This document shows positions 8,867-18,854 of a DNA stretch of 64,000 nucleotides, in pieces; positions within the stretch are counted from its first letter, which is position 1, and every line of letters begins with the position of its first letter. The position numbers were made by a program, and so were the translations under genes. Below the pieces are notes generated by a model. It saw only the letters and a list, made by a program, of their open reading frames with translations. It had not been told where the DNA came from and searched no databases. The DNA is from a virus. The DNA lies in IMG/VR virus record IMGVR_UViG_3300050016_000116, positions 1 through 64,000 of that record; one strand, written 5' to 3'.

Positions 8867-10525
8867 ATGTCGTCTTCCGGTGGCAAGCAGCTTCAGATGA
8901 ACCCGCTCGAAAGGGCGCTCAGCATGGACATCAACCGCCTTCAGGAGTTTGCGGGTTCGAACCTGTCGACCGTGCTTCAAGCACTGTTCGACAACGGTAC
9001 GGGATTCGATGATGTCTGGGCTGGCGCTCAGCTCATCGTGAACTCGACGGTGGGCAACCCTGCGTTCGCAGAGGTGCTCGCTGGCATCGTCTTCGTCCCC
9101 ACCAACGCTGCCACCGCTTGCACCGTCCTTGGTGGTCTCGTGGCGATGCTCGATCCGGACACCACGCCGAACCCGGATGACAGTCAGTACAAGGTCATCA
9201 CCGATCCGGGCACGAACTCGACGCTCACCCCTTCGCTCGTCTTCACTGCCAACGCTTCTGGCTCGATTCGCATCGATGTCCTGGAGTGCAGCAGGGTGCA
9301 ACCAGACACGGTCATCGAGACTGACAACCGGGACGTCTACAACCCCGTGCTCGGGACATTCACCGCGGTCACCCTCAACAAGGTCACGCAGGCGAATCTC
9401 CAGTACCGCATCCGTCTCGGAGTCGGGGGAGCTGGATTCCCGGGGACAGCAGCGGGGTGGATGCCGATCTGCGTGATGAGCGTTCCGACCGGCACGGTGA
9501 ATTGGGACAACGTCTGCATCTGGGATGTGCGCCCACTTCTCGAAGACCGGGTGAAGGCGCCGCTGAACGCTTCCGTCGACATGCCCCGTGGGCGTGGCGG
9601 GATGTTCTACTCGTTCTCGACCGCAGCCGGGTTCTACATGACCGGGCTCACCAACGTTGCCTACGTCTCCCGCTTCCTGGGAGGGAGGGTCGGCAGAGGG
9701 TCACCGGGCGCTGACTCCTCGGGTGGTGTGGAGGTCAACTTTGTCGACTTCAACGACACTGCGAACCAAGAGCTGGCGATGTCAACAGCCGATGGGCTGA
9801 AGCACATCTACTTGCTCACCCCCTTCGGGCTTCCCAGGTGGGCGCGGTTCACGGACGCAGCAGTGGGAGTGCGCCAGGCGCGCAGCCCACGCGGCATCAT
9901 GCTCATGTCCGCAGTGGGACCGGCGCACGCGTACGGTGTGCCGTCTGCCCCCATCACGTTCCCTGCAATCTTCGGCTTCGGTGCCGCCACTACACTCGCT
10001 GGTGTGTGTATCGCCAGTGTGCAGATGACAGCAACCGTGCTGCGTCGACAGACATGCGCGGCTGGCAAGGTCGGGCTCGATATCTTGTTCTCTTCCATTT
10101 CGGTAGGTGGTTCAGGATTCGGTGGCCAACCTCCGACCAGCGTGTTCACGCTCACGGAGAACGTCAACCTTCCAGCCGGCGTGCGGCGAGTTCACCTCCT
10201 CGCGCAGGGAACGTTCACGACCGCGAGCGGTGTGGCGAACTCCTTCTATGGCAACCCCCGGGTGAGCATCGGACCGGCAGGGAATCCCACCGAAGCCGTG
10301 GTGGTCGACCTCTCTACTCAAGTCAGCCAGAACCCTGGTGGCGGTGCCTTCGGAGCCACGTATAAATGGGACTTCTGGATCGAGCTACCGAATGACTACC
10401 CCGCCACCACGCCCGACGCCTACACGGTGACGATCGACTTCGACCTCGCGAACCTCTCCACGCCGGGTCTCACGTCAGTGAATCCAATTCTCATCGTCAT
10501 GGGCTGGGAGTATGGTGACCTCTGA
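8867..10525 (+). CDS. Putative tail fiber / virion structural protein
   Basis: 552 aa, beta/Gly/Thr-rich, follows baseplate genes; RIDVLEC..IWDVRP N-terminal attachment-like segment. Confidence 0.55.
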   Translation: MSSSGGKQLQMNPLERALSMDINRLQEFAGSNLSTVLQALFDNGTGFDDVWAGAQLIVNSTVGNPAFAEVLAGIVFVPTNAATACTVLGGLVAMLDPDTTPNPDDSQYKVITDPGTNSTLTPSLVFTANASGSIRIDVLECSRVQPDTVIETDNRDVYNPVLGTFTAVTLNKVTQANLQYRIRLGVGGAGFPGTAAGWMPICVMSVPTGTVNWDNVCIWDVRPLLEDRVKAPLNASVDMPRGRGGMFYSFSTAAGFYMTGLTNVAYVSRFLGGRVGRGSPGADSSGGVEVNFVDFNDTANQELAMSTADGLKHIYLLTPFGLPRWARFTDAAVGVRQARSPRGIMLMSAVGPAHAYGVPSAPITFPAIFGFGAATTLAGVCIASVQMTATVLRRQTCAAGKVGLDILFSSISVGGSGFGGQPPTSVFTLTENVNLPAGVRRVHLLAQGTFTTASGVANSFYGNPRVSIGPAGNPTEAVVVDLSTQVSQNPGGGAFGATYKWDFWIELPNDYPATTPDAYTVTIDFDLANLSTPGLTSVNPILIVMGWEYGDL

Positions 10526-10547
10526 TTCGAAAAGCGCTTTTCGAATC
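10524..10547. repeat. Perfect 24-bp palindrome GATTCGAAAAGCGCTTTTCGAATC
   Basis: Directly visible; overlaps the stop codon of the preceding gene. Confidence 0.95.
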
Positions 10548-10680
10548 CACCTGGGGAAGTGGGCGTAAGAACCCACCGCGCTGCACCTAGGAGCCTCTCA
10601 GACGCGCTTTGGGGTCAGGGTATGACCGAACCCATGGGGAGCCCCTTCACGGGGCTCCTAGGGGCTGCTAGAAGAACCTC

Positions 10681-11001
10681 ATGAACAAGATCAAGGCGCT
10701 CCTCGCGATTCAGCTCTGGAAGGGTTCCAAGTTCGACATCGGGCACTTGATGCTCGCGGTCACCTTCCTCATCACCTACCTCCCGCAGTTCCAGACCGTC
10801 CTGGATGGAATGGGGCTCACGAAGTACGACACGGTCATTCCGGAGGTCGTGAAGATCCTCACGTCTCTGCGACTGCTCTACAAGCAGTGGGCCCCGGACA
10901 GTGTGGCAGCAGCAAGTGATGCAGCCAAGGCACCGGCCAACACTGTCGCGCTCGAACGCGCAACCCAGGTCTCTTCTGCGAGCGACACGAAGAAGTCGTG
11001 A
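10681..11001 (+). CDS. Small membrane protein, holin-like
   Basis: 106 aa with hydrophobic segments; follows tail genes. Confidence 0.45.
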   Translation: MNKIKALLAIQLWKGSKFDIGHLMLAVTFLITYLPQFQTVLDGMGLTKYDTVIPEVVKILTSLRLLYKQWAPDSVAAASDAAKAPANTVALERATQVSSASDTKKS

Positions 11002-11164
11002 TTCCGTCTCCAGACGACACGTGGCCAGTACCTTCCCCGGAGTTGCTTCCGCGGGATGGGATGACTCTGCCTTCGTTGGGAGCCGCGGAGGGAATGGAGA
11101 TCTGGCTCGATGAGAGCGAGCTGGATTGGGATGATGACTCCGAGGTCGAGTGGAAGGAGGGCTC

Positions 11165-11428
11165 ATGAAGCTGCGTACGGTTCTCCTTCTCGACTTCCTC
11201 GCAACGGTTCTGCTCACCACCCTCCTTGGGTTGCTTCTCGCCGGATGCCCAGCAGCGATTGCCGGCGCGACGACAGCTTGCAAGGTGGTCAGCGTCATCG
11301 ACCAGGCGTGCATGGTCCTGACGTTCATCGGGTCAGACGGGAAGCCGCACACGGTCACGTTCAGCCAACGTGAGCTGAACGAGTGGGGGTCGTACGTCGA
11401 AGCCAAGCACGCGACAGATCCGAAGTGA
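11165..11428 (+). CDS. Putative lipoprotein (spanin-like)
   Basis: MKLR + hydrophobic stretch + lipobox LLAGC; RBS GGAGG. Confidence 0.55.
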   Translation: MKLRTVLLLDFLATVLLTTLLGLLLAGCPAAIAGATTACKVVSVIDQACMVLTFIGSDGKPHTVTFSQRELNEWGSYVEAKHATDPK

Positions 11429-11643
11429 AGCTACTCGCTGCGATTGGCTACGCGCTCACCCTCACCTCTTCTCTTCCTGCTGAACCTCCTTCAGTTCTCT
11501 CTCCGGATCCCTGGCTCTCAGGAGGGAGTGTCTACCGAGGAAGAGTCCATCTCGGGATTCGTCCCGCAGTGACCCTTACCAATGAAGGACCCGAGTGGGG
11601 AGTAGGGGGGACTCTTCAGGTGACTCTCTTCACTCCCTGGTGA
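11425..11643 (+). CDS. Small exported hypothetical protein
   Basis: GTG overlapping the previous stop; signal-peptide-like N-terminus. Confidence 0.4.
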   Translation: MKLLAAIGYALTLTSSLPAEPPSVLSPDPWLSGGSVYRGRVHLGIRPAVTLTNEGPEWGVGGTLQVTLFTPW

Positions 11644-12040
11644 GTCTCTTCCCATGACTTCCCCAATAGGACGCCCAAGAGGGGTCGTCCCTGGTTCTCA
11701 TCTCCTGCTGGGAGAGGAACGAACTCGCGACAGCTCTATGGTGAGAGTCTCCGAGGGTACGCGGGGTGGTGAAGCTCCCTCCCTTGGGCTTGGTACGTGA
11801 GGGGTTCACTTCGACTGCGGTACAGGGGTGAGGTTCCGCTTACCGGGATTGCGCTGACGGGGGTACGTCGTGCGGGACGCCCAATGGGTATTGCTCCCAT
11901 TGCCGGGTTGGGACCAGTGCTCACTCCAGGCTCTCTACTTCCTCCCATTCGCATCACATGAGGATGCCCGCGGGGGGTTCGTTCGATGTAGTAGGGGGGT
12001 CTCATCGGTCTACGTGACCAAGAGCGGGTCACGAGATGGG

Positions 12041-12108
12041 GAGTGCCGTGCTCTTTCGGTTGAGCTGAGAATGGCAAAGCGCTTTGCCAATGACGGCAAT
12101 CGGGGAGG
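12041..12108. promoter_or_regulatory. Divergent ACGGCA(C/A)TC motifs flanking a palindrome
   Basis: Minus-strand ACGGCACTC 12049-12041, palindrome TGGCAAAGCGCTTTGCCA 12072-12089, plus-strand ACGGCAATC 12093 then 7 nt to ATG 12109. Confidence 0.7.
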
Positions 12109-12630
12109 ATGAAGCCCACCTCCCGGACTCAGCGCTTGCTTGACCTTGCGAAGAGAATCGCAGCGCTCGAAGATCGGTTGCGCGATCTGCACGTCGAGTT
12201 CGCACGCGCGCTGAATGGGGAAGAGAACCAGACACCCGATTGGGCGTTGTGTAATGCCCGTTTGATTCGCCCATCGCGGCGGAAGTACAAGACGCAGAGG
12301 AGCGTCGTGCAGGCAGTGCTCGATGGGTCGGAGCATCCCCTGGACAGCTACGCGGTGGCTCAAGAGACCAAGCTCCCGTTGGACAACGTTCGCACCCTTC
12401 TCTCGAAGCTCACCGATCTGGGGAGCGCGAAGCGGATATCCACCGGGCTCTACATCACGGCACTAGCGAAGGATGGACGAGAAGACGGAAGTAGACGTGA
12501 AGGAGGTGGTAGCGACGATCCGCAGCAACCTCCGGGGAGCAGTGGGGGACCTTCGGAACGTGAGCACGGTCCTGGACGCGTTCGAGATGCTGGTGAAGGC
12601 ATCGACGCAGACGGCACTCCGAAGGGGTGA
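12109..12630 (+). CDS. Winged-helix DNA-binding protein
   Basis: VQAVLDGSEHPLDSYAVAQETKLPLDNVRTLLSKLTDLGSAKRISTGLY is wHTH-like; the 3' part overlaps an ORF starting at 12473. Confidence 0.6.
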   Translation: MKPTSRTQRLLDLAKRIAALEDRLRDLHVEFARALNGEENQTPDWALCNARLIRPSRRKYKTQRSVVQAVLDGSEHPLDSYAVAQETKLPLDNVRTLLSKLTDLGSAKRISTGLYITALAKDGREDGSRREGGGSDDPQQPPGSSGGPSEREHGPGRVRDAGEGIDADGTPKG

Positions 12631-14195
12631 GCGAAGCGCGCATCATCCTAGACAACCGGATCCGCATCCGCACGGACGACGTTCCCGAGGATGCGATCCG
12701 TTCTCTCAAGCAGGAGTTCGAACACTCCAACCCGGAGTTCTTCAAGCGGCGTGCGCTCGGGTTCTACGTCGGGAACATTCCCAAGGAAGTGAAGACGTGG
12801 AGCGAGGAGCATCACGTTGGCGCGCACTGGCTCTCCCTTCCCCGTGGTGGACTCGCCCGCGTTCGGAAGGTGCTCGATGACCACGACGTAGACAGGAACT
12901 TCGAGGACAAGCGCACGACGGGGGAGAAGGTCAACATCCCGGACCACAAGCTCACCCCCTACCCATTCCAGGAGCGGCTCATTGCAGCCGCGCTGGAGAA
13001 GGGGACGTGCCTTCTCAGAGCCCCCACGGCAGCCGGTAAGACGTGCATCGCTTTCGCGCTCGCATCTCGCCTGAAGCTCCAGACGCTCGTGGTGGTTCCG
13101 AACCGGGCGATCTTGGACCAGTGGGTGCGTAGGGCTCAGAAGGAGCTGGGGCTGCGAAAGAAGGACATCGGCATCATCCAGGGCTCCCGGTACAAGCTCG
13201 CACCCCTCACCATCGCCATGGCCCCGTCCTTGGCCGCTAAGGGGGTCTCTGGGGCTCTTGCTCGCTCCTTTGGGCTCGTGCTGTTCGATGAGGTGCAGAG
13301 GGCTCCTGCGGCATCCTTCTTCGCAGCAATCGACCCCTTCACCGCCAAGTACCGGATCGGGGTCTCTGCGGACCATCGGCGCAAGGATGGGAAGGAGTTC
13401 ATGACGGTGGACCTCTTCGGACCCGTGGCAGCGGAGGTCAGCAGGAAGGAGCTGATCGACGCGGGGTACATCCTTGATGTTGAGGTCCGGGTCATCCCGA
13501 CCGAGTTCAAGGCGCCTTGGTACGGGAGACCGGATGATGAGGATCCCGAGGATGAAGACGAGAACGAGAAAGTTGGAAAAGCGCTTTTCGAAACCCCCGA
13601 AGAGAAGAACATAGACACCAATCGGTTGTACGCGGAGATGGCGGAGGACGACGCGCGCAACACCCTAGTTGTGGATTCGACACTCTGGGGTGTGGATGAC
13701 CAGAAAGAGATCACGCTCGTCATGTCCCACCGACGCGAGCATTGTCGGTTGTTGGAGCGGCTCATCATCTACCGAGGCGGGAAAGTCGCGGGTACGCAGG
13801 ACACTGCGCGCATTCGAGCTGGCTTCCTCATTGGAGGGCCAGCGGATCATCTCGTCTTCGAGCGTACGGTCACCGAGATCGAGGCAGGGCGCATCGACGT
13901 AGCGGTGGGAACGTTCCAGGCGATTGGCACTGGTCTCGATCTGCCAAAGGCAGCAGTCTGCGTCGCTGCCATGCCTATCGCTGCCAATCGGTACTTCTTC
14001 AATCAGGTGCGTGGACGCATCTGCCGTGCTCCCAAGGGGAAGCGAGGAGCGTGGATGGTCTACCTCTGGGACCAGCACGTCTTTGGCGATAAGCATGTTC
14101 GCAATCTTCTCAACTGGAATCGCAATGTGGTTGTTTGGGACCACGGGAAGTGGATTGACGCGAAGACGTGGCTTCGAGCGCGAAGAGTGAAGTAG
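12627..14195 (+). CDS. Superfamily 2 helicase
   Basis: Q-motif PYPFQ, Walker A APTAAGKT, DEVQ, motif V GTGLDLP, motif VI QVRGRICR. Confidence 0.88.
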   Translation: MSEARIILDNRIRIRTDDVPEDAIRSLKQEFEHSNPEFFKRRALGFYVGNIPKEVKTWSEEHHVGAHWLSLPRGGLARVRKVLDDHDVDRNFEDKRTTGEKVNIPDHKLTPYPFQERLIAAALEKGTCLLRAPTAAGKTCIAFALASRLKLQTLVVVPNRAILDQWVRRAQKELGLRKKDIGIIQGSRYKLAPLTIAMAPSLAAKGVSGALARSFGLVLFDEVQRAPAASFFAAIDPFTAKYRIGVSADHRRKDGKEFMTVDLFGPVAAEVSRKELIDAGYILDVEVRVIPTEFKAPWYGRPDDEDPEDEDENEKVGKALFETPEEKNIDTNRLYAEMAEDDARNTLVVDSTLWGVDDQKEITLVMSHRREHCRLLERLIIYRGGKVAGTQDTARIRAGFLIGGPADHLVFERTVTEIEAGRIDVAVGTFQAIGTGLDLPKAAVCVAAMPIAANRYFFNQVRGRICRAPKGKRGAWMVYLWDQHVFGDKHVRNLLNWNRNVVVWDHGKWIDAKTWLRARRVK

Positions 14196-14236
14196 ACTCT
14201 CTTTTCCCTGCGGGGAAAGGACGGCACTCGAAGGAC

Positions 14237-15133
14237 ATGCGAAAACGATCTGAGGTTGCCCAAGATTCGCGTCAGCAGGATCTCCCCCACACTGCACCGA
14301 AGCCTCCCGAGTCAGGACCGAAGACCACCACGCAGATCCCAGAGGGGTTCTGGGTCGAGCAAGGAACTCTCTTCACCCGTTGTCCGGACTGCGGACTCGT
14401 GCAGTCAACGGAGACGGGCAGGAAGAAGCTGCAAGAGGATGGACGAGTGGCCCGTCAGTGCGTCCGGTGCCGCGGGAACATCGATCCCACGTTCCAGGTC
14501 TCCGCGGCTCTCCTGAGTCACTGCGAGGGGATGCAGTCGGGTGGGAAGAAGAGCCCGAAGCCGGAAGCAGAGAAAGCTCCCGAGGGCGAGGGGTGCGCTG
14601 AGTGCGGTACGCGTCTCACGCAGACGAGCATTGGTGTCTTCTGCCCACGAGGGTGCGAGCAGAAGCCGAAGGCAGAGGAACCGAAGAAGGAGACGACAAA
14701 ACCCAAGTCGGCGGAGGAGCGAGCGACCGCAGCGGAGGCACGTCAGTCAACTCCTCTCCCCGCGGAGAAGACCACCATCAAGCAGGAGTTCAAGCAGGAG
14801 TTCAAGGAAGCTGATCCCGACAAGGTCTCCCGGACGATGCAAGAGAGTTTGCGGAAGGTGAAGGACAATGTAGCTCCTTCGTCACGCAACGAACCGATCG
14901 ACGCCTACGCGGACACGGTCACCGTCACGTTCGGCAAGGAGACGTTCTGCCCGGTGCGTGACAACTTCTTCGGCTTCGGGGAGTTCACGATGACCACGAA
15001 GGTTCGCCCCGGGGAGACCCCTCTGGAAGCGATGCGCCGTCTCCAGTCCGATCTCGACATCTTCGCCGAGGAAGAGTTCAAGCGGAAGCTCAAGGGCTTC
15101 ACCTCCCGACTCGACCGCGCGAAGGAGGGTTGA
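14237..15133 (+). CDS. Hypothetical protein with Zn-ribbon motifs
   Basis: CPDC/CVRC and CAEC/CPRGC pairs; starts MRKRSEV 7 nt after ACGGCACTC. Confidence 0.7.
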   Translation: MRKRSEVAQDSRQQDLPHTAPKPPESGPKTTTQIPEGFWVEQGTLFTRCPDCGLVQSTETGRKKLQEDGRVARQCVRCRGNIDPTFQVSAALLSHCEGMQSGGKKSPKPEAEKAPEGEGCAECGTRLTQTSIGVFCPRGCEQKPKAEEPKKETTKPKSAEERATAAEARQSTPLPAEKTTIKQEFKQEFKEADPDKVSRTMQESLRKVKDNVAPSSRNEPIDAYADTVTVTFGKETFCPVRDNFFGFGEFTMTTKVRPGETPLEAMRRLQSDLDIFAEEEFKRKLKGFTSRLDRAKEG

Positions 15134-15609
15134 TGAGCGCCGTGGCCAGGAAGTTCCCCGAGGAGCCGGAGTCAGGGGAGCTTCAGAAGTTCCTGCACCG
15201 TTCGGAGAAGACGAAGAACCGATCGCTGGGGGAGGCAGCGTGGCGCAAGGCCAAGGAGGACGCAGCCAGGCGCATGGAGAGCACGGATTGGACCGGGTCT
15301 CAGTGCCGGACCTTCCTTGCGGCCTACGCACTCCTCCATGAGCAGATCTACGGGGTCGAAGCAGAGGAGCTGACCCCGACCGAGCGACAGTTCGCGCTCC
15401 CGATCATCGGCAACTTCCTGCACCGGAAGTTCAACGACGATCCGAACCTCCTCGCAGCGTTCCTCCGATGGGTGTGGGTGCGCGAGAAGGGACGCGAGGA
15501 GTGGCGGCGGCAGAACAACCAGCCAGGACGTCGCATCCTCTGGCGCCTCCAGTTCTCGGGTTCGCTCCTCACCGACTACAAGCTGGATCTCGCGCGAGGT
15601 CGGCGGTGA
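15130..15609 (+). CDS. Hypothetical protein (replication module)
   Basis: 159 aa ORF, coupled, typical codon usage. Confidence 0.65.
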   Translation: MMSAVARKFPEEPESGELQKFLHRSEKTKNRSLGEAAWRKAKEDAARRMESTDWTGSQCRTFLAAYALLHEQIYGVEAEELTPTERQFALPIIGNFLHRKFNDDPNLLAAFLRWVWVREKGREEWRRQNNQPGRRILWRLQFSGSLLTDYKLDLARGRR

Positions 15610-15830
15610 GACGCGTCACGGTCAAGCGCGCAGACTCCGGCTTCCCGAGTCAGACGAGACCTCACGAGGTTGAGGTGAGGTGGTTCAAGCTGCTGAGCTT
15701 CACGCCCCAACCGGGTTCGCACTGCATCACCGCCCGTCGTGAAGCGGAGTCCGCGTTCAAGGCGAGAGAGCAGTGGGCGAAGGAGCTGCATTGTGACCCG
15801 CAGACCCTCACGGTGGAGCTGGACGAGTGA
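15606..15830 (+). CDS. Hypothetical protein
   Basis: GTGA overlaps at both ends. Confidence 0.5.
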   Translation: MRRVTVKRADSGFPSQTRPHEVEVRWFKLLSFTPQPGSHCITARREAESAFKAREQWAKELHCDPQTLTVELDE

Positions 15831-16087
15831 GGAGGTTCGATCACGTCCTCATGGGAAACGGTTCGGGGGATGGGGAGGTCTACGAGGTCTTCGATCCTCC
15901 CTGGTGGAAGCTCCTGCGCTGGCTCTCGTGGTGGTTCCTCTTCCGCGGTCGAGCCAGGGGAGTCCTCACCATCCTCATCTCCGGTAAGCCAAGGAACGTG
16001 CGTTGCAGACAGGTCCCTCGTGTCATCCCGCATCCCATCACCTACCCCACAAGCCGAAGCTTCTACCGTTCCCCCGATGACACCTGA
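15827..16087 (+). CDS. Hypothetical protein
   Basis: Coupled 86 aa ORF. Confidence 0.5.
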   Translation: MRRFDHVLMGNGSGDGEVYEVFDPPWWKLLRWLSWWFLFRGRARGVLTILISGKPRNVRCRQVPRVIPHPITYPTSRSFYRSPDDT

Positions 16088-16206
16088 GTCTTCATGCGCA
16101 AGCCGAAGCGAAAGCTGACTGAGCAGGATTGGCGCGATGTGTTCACCGCCCGTTGTCGTTCCAAGCGCGGTGAACGTCTCACCGCAGCAGCACGAGCGAG
16201 ACGCTA

Positions 16207-17694
16207 GTGCGCAAGCGATCGGAAGTGGATGAGGAACGCCCGACGACTGAGTTCAAGGTCCCGGTCGACACCACGAATGAAGCAATCGTGGTTGCGGCCG
16301 CTTTCACGGTGGATGCAGAGCTGCGGACCAAGCTCCTGGCCCGACTCCCCCCTGAGACCTTCTTCGTAGACGCTCACCGTGCCCTCTGGTGGGCCCTAGG
16401 AGAGCTTCAGCGGCGCAGGTTGGCCCTCTCCTGGGATACGGTCCAAAGCCTCGTAGGAGACCGCGTACGCCCGGCGTTCATGGCGGAACTCCTCTCCCCC
16501 GCTCCCTCGGAGCAGACACTCCAGAATCTCGACTTTCACGTCAACGCGCTCCAGTGGGATCGAAAGCGCTCCACGATCGCGTCTGGTCCTCTTTCCTCGC
16601 TCTTGGAGGCGTTCTCCGACACGACCGCGGCACCGGAGCGAGTCCGGGCGCTCGCGCGGTCGGTCGCAGAGGGTCTCGCGGGGTACGCAGAGAAGCAGTA
16701 CGTGTACGACCCGGCAGCGCTCGTTGCGGAGACGATGACGGACATCCGGAAGCGCATCAACGGCAGGGAGGTGTGGCCCTACGGTATCCCTGGGCTCGAC
16801 TACTTCGAGGCAGATCTCTCAGGGACCAGGAAGCGCCGGATGATCCCTGGGTGTGCCCCGGGACAGATCACGTTCATCACGGGTGTCCCGAGGAGTGGCA
16901 AGAGCACGGTGGCGGGGCATGTTGCTCTCGGGCAGGCGAAGCTCAAGAGGCGCACGGCCTACGGAGCCTGGGAGGTGCAGGCCCCGATGACGATCGCGAT
17001 CCTCGCCTGCATCCATCTCAACTGGCCCCACGCAGACTTCCTGGATCCCGAGGGGAACCCAAAGGGGGTGGATCCGGAGCATCTGGTCCTCCTTGAAGAC
17101 ACGATGCACGAGATCTTGAAGTACGTGGTGTTCATCAAGAACCCCTTCCGGCGCTCTTCTGGGGAGAAACGCTCCAACGATCGCAACCTGGATCTTGTGC
17201 AAGCGGTGCTCGCGGACACGGGAGCTTCGGTGTTCATTGCCGATATGTGGCGGCGTTGCCTCGTGTCCTCGAAGCCGGATGACGAGGAGGAAGCGATCTT
17301 CAGGCAGCAGGCGATGCTGGAGGAGATGGGGATCCACGGGTTCTTCGTCCACCAGCAGACCCACAAGGACATGAAGCGGCGCGACAAGCGACCCACGACC
17401 GATGGGTTGAAAGGGTCGGGCGCGTTCTTCGAGTCCGCAGACTCCGTGATCGGCATTCACCGTCAGGCGCTCTGGAAGGACGTGGAAGACGACACTATGG
17501 AGATGATCATCCTCAAGCAGCGCTACGGGGGAGGTCCCTACGCGGTCGAGTTCAACTGGAACCCGGCACTCCGTTCCTTGAAGGGTGGACGTTCGACCAA
17601 GTACGACTTCAGCGACAGCGAAGGGAACGAAGCGACCCTGAGCAACTTCAAGGCTCCGGGAGTGAGTGGAGACCGACGTGGCAGCAAACGTTGA
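16207..17694 (+). CDS. dnaB: Replicative DNA helicase, DnaB-like
   Basis: N-terminal LPPETFFVDAHRALW; Walker A TGVPRSGKST; RPTTDGLKGSGAFFESADSVIGIHR; IILKQRYG. Confidence 0.88.
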   Translation: MRKRSEVDEERPTTEFKVPVDTTNEAIVVAAAFTVDAELRTKLLARLPPETFFVDAHRALWWALGELQRRRLALSWDTVQSLVGDRVRPAFMAELLSPAPSEQTLQNLDFHVNALQWDRKRSTIASGPLSSLLEAFSDTTAAPERVRALARSVAEGLAGYAEKQYVYDPAALVAETMTDIRKRINGREVWPYGIPGLDYFEADLSGTRKRRMIPGCAPGQITFITGVPRSGKSTVAGHVALGQAKLKRRTAYGAWEVQAPMTIAILACIHLNWPHADFLDPEGNPKGVDPEHLVLLEDTMHEILKYVVFIKNPFRRSSGEKRSNDRNLDLVQAVLADTGASVFIADMWRRCLVSSKPDDEEEAIFRQQAMLEEMGIHGFFVHQQTHKDMKRRDKRPTTDGLKGSGAFFESADSVIGIHRQALWKDVEDDTMEMIILKQRYGGGPYAVEFNWNPALRSLKGGRSTKYDFSDSEGNEATLSNFKAPGVSGDRRGSKR

Positions 17695-18622
17695 GCGGAT
17701 TCTGAAGCGGCTCAAGATCGACGCTGAGAAGCGGGGGGATGAGTGGTTCGCGCTCTGCCTCAATCACGAGGAGCAGACTGCGAGCTGGCACATCAAGGAT
17801 GACCCGGACTCGAAGCGGCACGGGCTCCACAACTGCTGGAGTTGCGGGTTTTCGGGAGACCTCATCGATCTCATCCGGTTCGTTCGTGGCTGCGCGTTCC
17901 CGACCGCGAAGGAGTGGCTGGGCGGTGAGGTGGAGACACCCGAGGAGGAGAAGAAGGTAGCGCCAGTGCGGGTGGAGGTTGTTCCCCGGAGCACACAAAC
18001 AAAGCGCTTCGTGTTCCCCTCTGAGGTCGAGTTCGGATTGCTGGAGACCTTCCCTTCTCCGGCGAAGCGCTACTTGCGGGAGCGAGGGGTCACCGCGAAC
18101 GAAGTGCTGCTGTTCCGTCTTGGGTACGCGACCCACGGACGACTCGAAGGACGGATCATCCTCACGACGTGGCATGATCCGAAGAGGGCAGCGAGCTACA
18201 TGGCGCGCGACTTCTGCGAGAACGGCAAGCGCTACCTCTACCCAGCAGCGCACGAGAACGCGAACTTGGATGCGCTCTTCGGTTCCCACCTCTGGCAGCA
18301 GCACATCCAGGATGAGATCTACGTCACTGAGGGTGCCTTCAACGCGATGGCGATTCGCCGTGCTCTCGGGGAGTACACGAATGTTGCGGCGATCGGAGGA
18401 TCGTCTCTGCGTTCTGCCCACGCGCGAGCGTTGGCGCGGTTCGCCAAGGTCGTACTCGTCACCGACTCGGACAAGGCGGGGGACAAGGCAGCGAAGGAGC
18501 TGCGAGCGGCTCTGGCTCGTCACACGTCTGTTCTTCGTGTTAGGTTACCTCTGCCGAAAGGTCAGGACGCGAACGATGTGTCCAGCCCCACTCTGCGGAG
18601 CATGCTCGGAGCAAGACCGTGA
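17666..18622 (+). CDS. DNA primase (Zn-binding + TOPRIM)
   Basis: CLNH..CWSC zinc site; YVTEGAFNAM; VTDSDKAG; GQDAND. Confidence 0.88.
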   Translation: METDVAANVERILKRLKIDAEKRGDEWFALCLNHEEQTASWHIKDDPDSKRHGLHNCWSCGFSGDLIDLIRFVRGCAFPTAKEWLGGEVETPEEEKKVAPVRVEVVPRSTQTKRFVFPSEVEFGLLETFPSPAKRYLRERGVTANEVLLFRLGYATHGRLEGRIILTTWHDPKRAASYMARDFCENGKRYLYPAAHENANLDALFGSHLWQQHIQDEIYVTEGAFNAMAIRRALGEYTNVAAIGGSSLRSAHARALARFAKVVLVTDSDKAGDKAAKELRAALARHTSVLRVRLPLPKGQDANDVSSPTLRSMLGARP

Positions 18623-18849
18623 CCGACGAAACGTACAGGAAAGGGATCCTCGCAGTCCTCTGGCGCAACGCTGGCCGGCAGCAGACCGCTGCGGCTGAGT
18701 TCGGGGTCGACATCCGGATGTTCCTGAAGGAATGCCGGCAGTACGGCATCACGACCGCGGACATCAAGAAGATCCGCAACTACTGCTCCTCCCGCTTCAC
18801 CCTCACCGATTCGAAAAGCGCTTTGCGAATCACGGCACTCCCCGGGTAG
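18619..18849 (+). CDS. Small HTH-like protein
   Basis: Fis-like QQTAAAEFGVDIRMFLKECRQYGI. Confidence 0.5.
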   Translation: MTDETYRKGILAVLWRNAGRQQTAAAEFGVDIRMFLKECRQYGITTADIKKIRNYCSSRFTLTDSKSALRITALPG

Positions 18850-18854
18850 AGCAG

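Noticed and set aside
17998-18014. Additional weak palindrome copies (also ~16561, ~39553)
   Set aside because: Only partial core matches inside CDSs; could be chance
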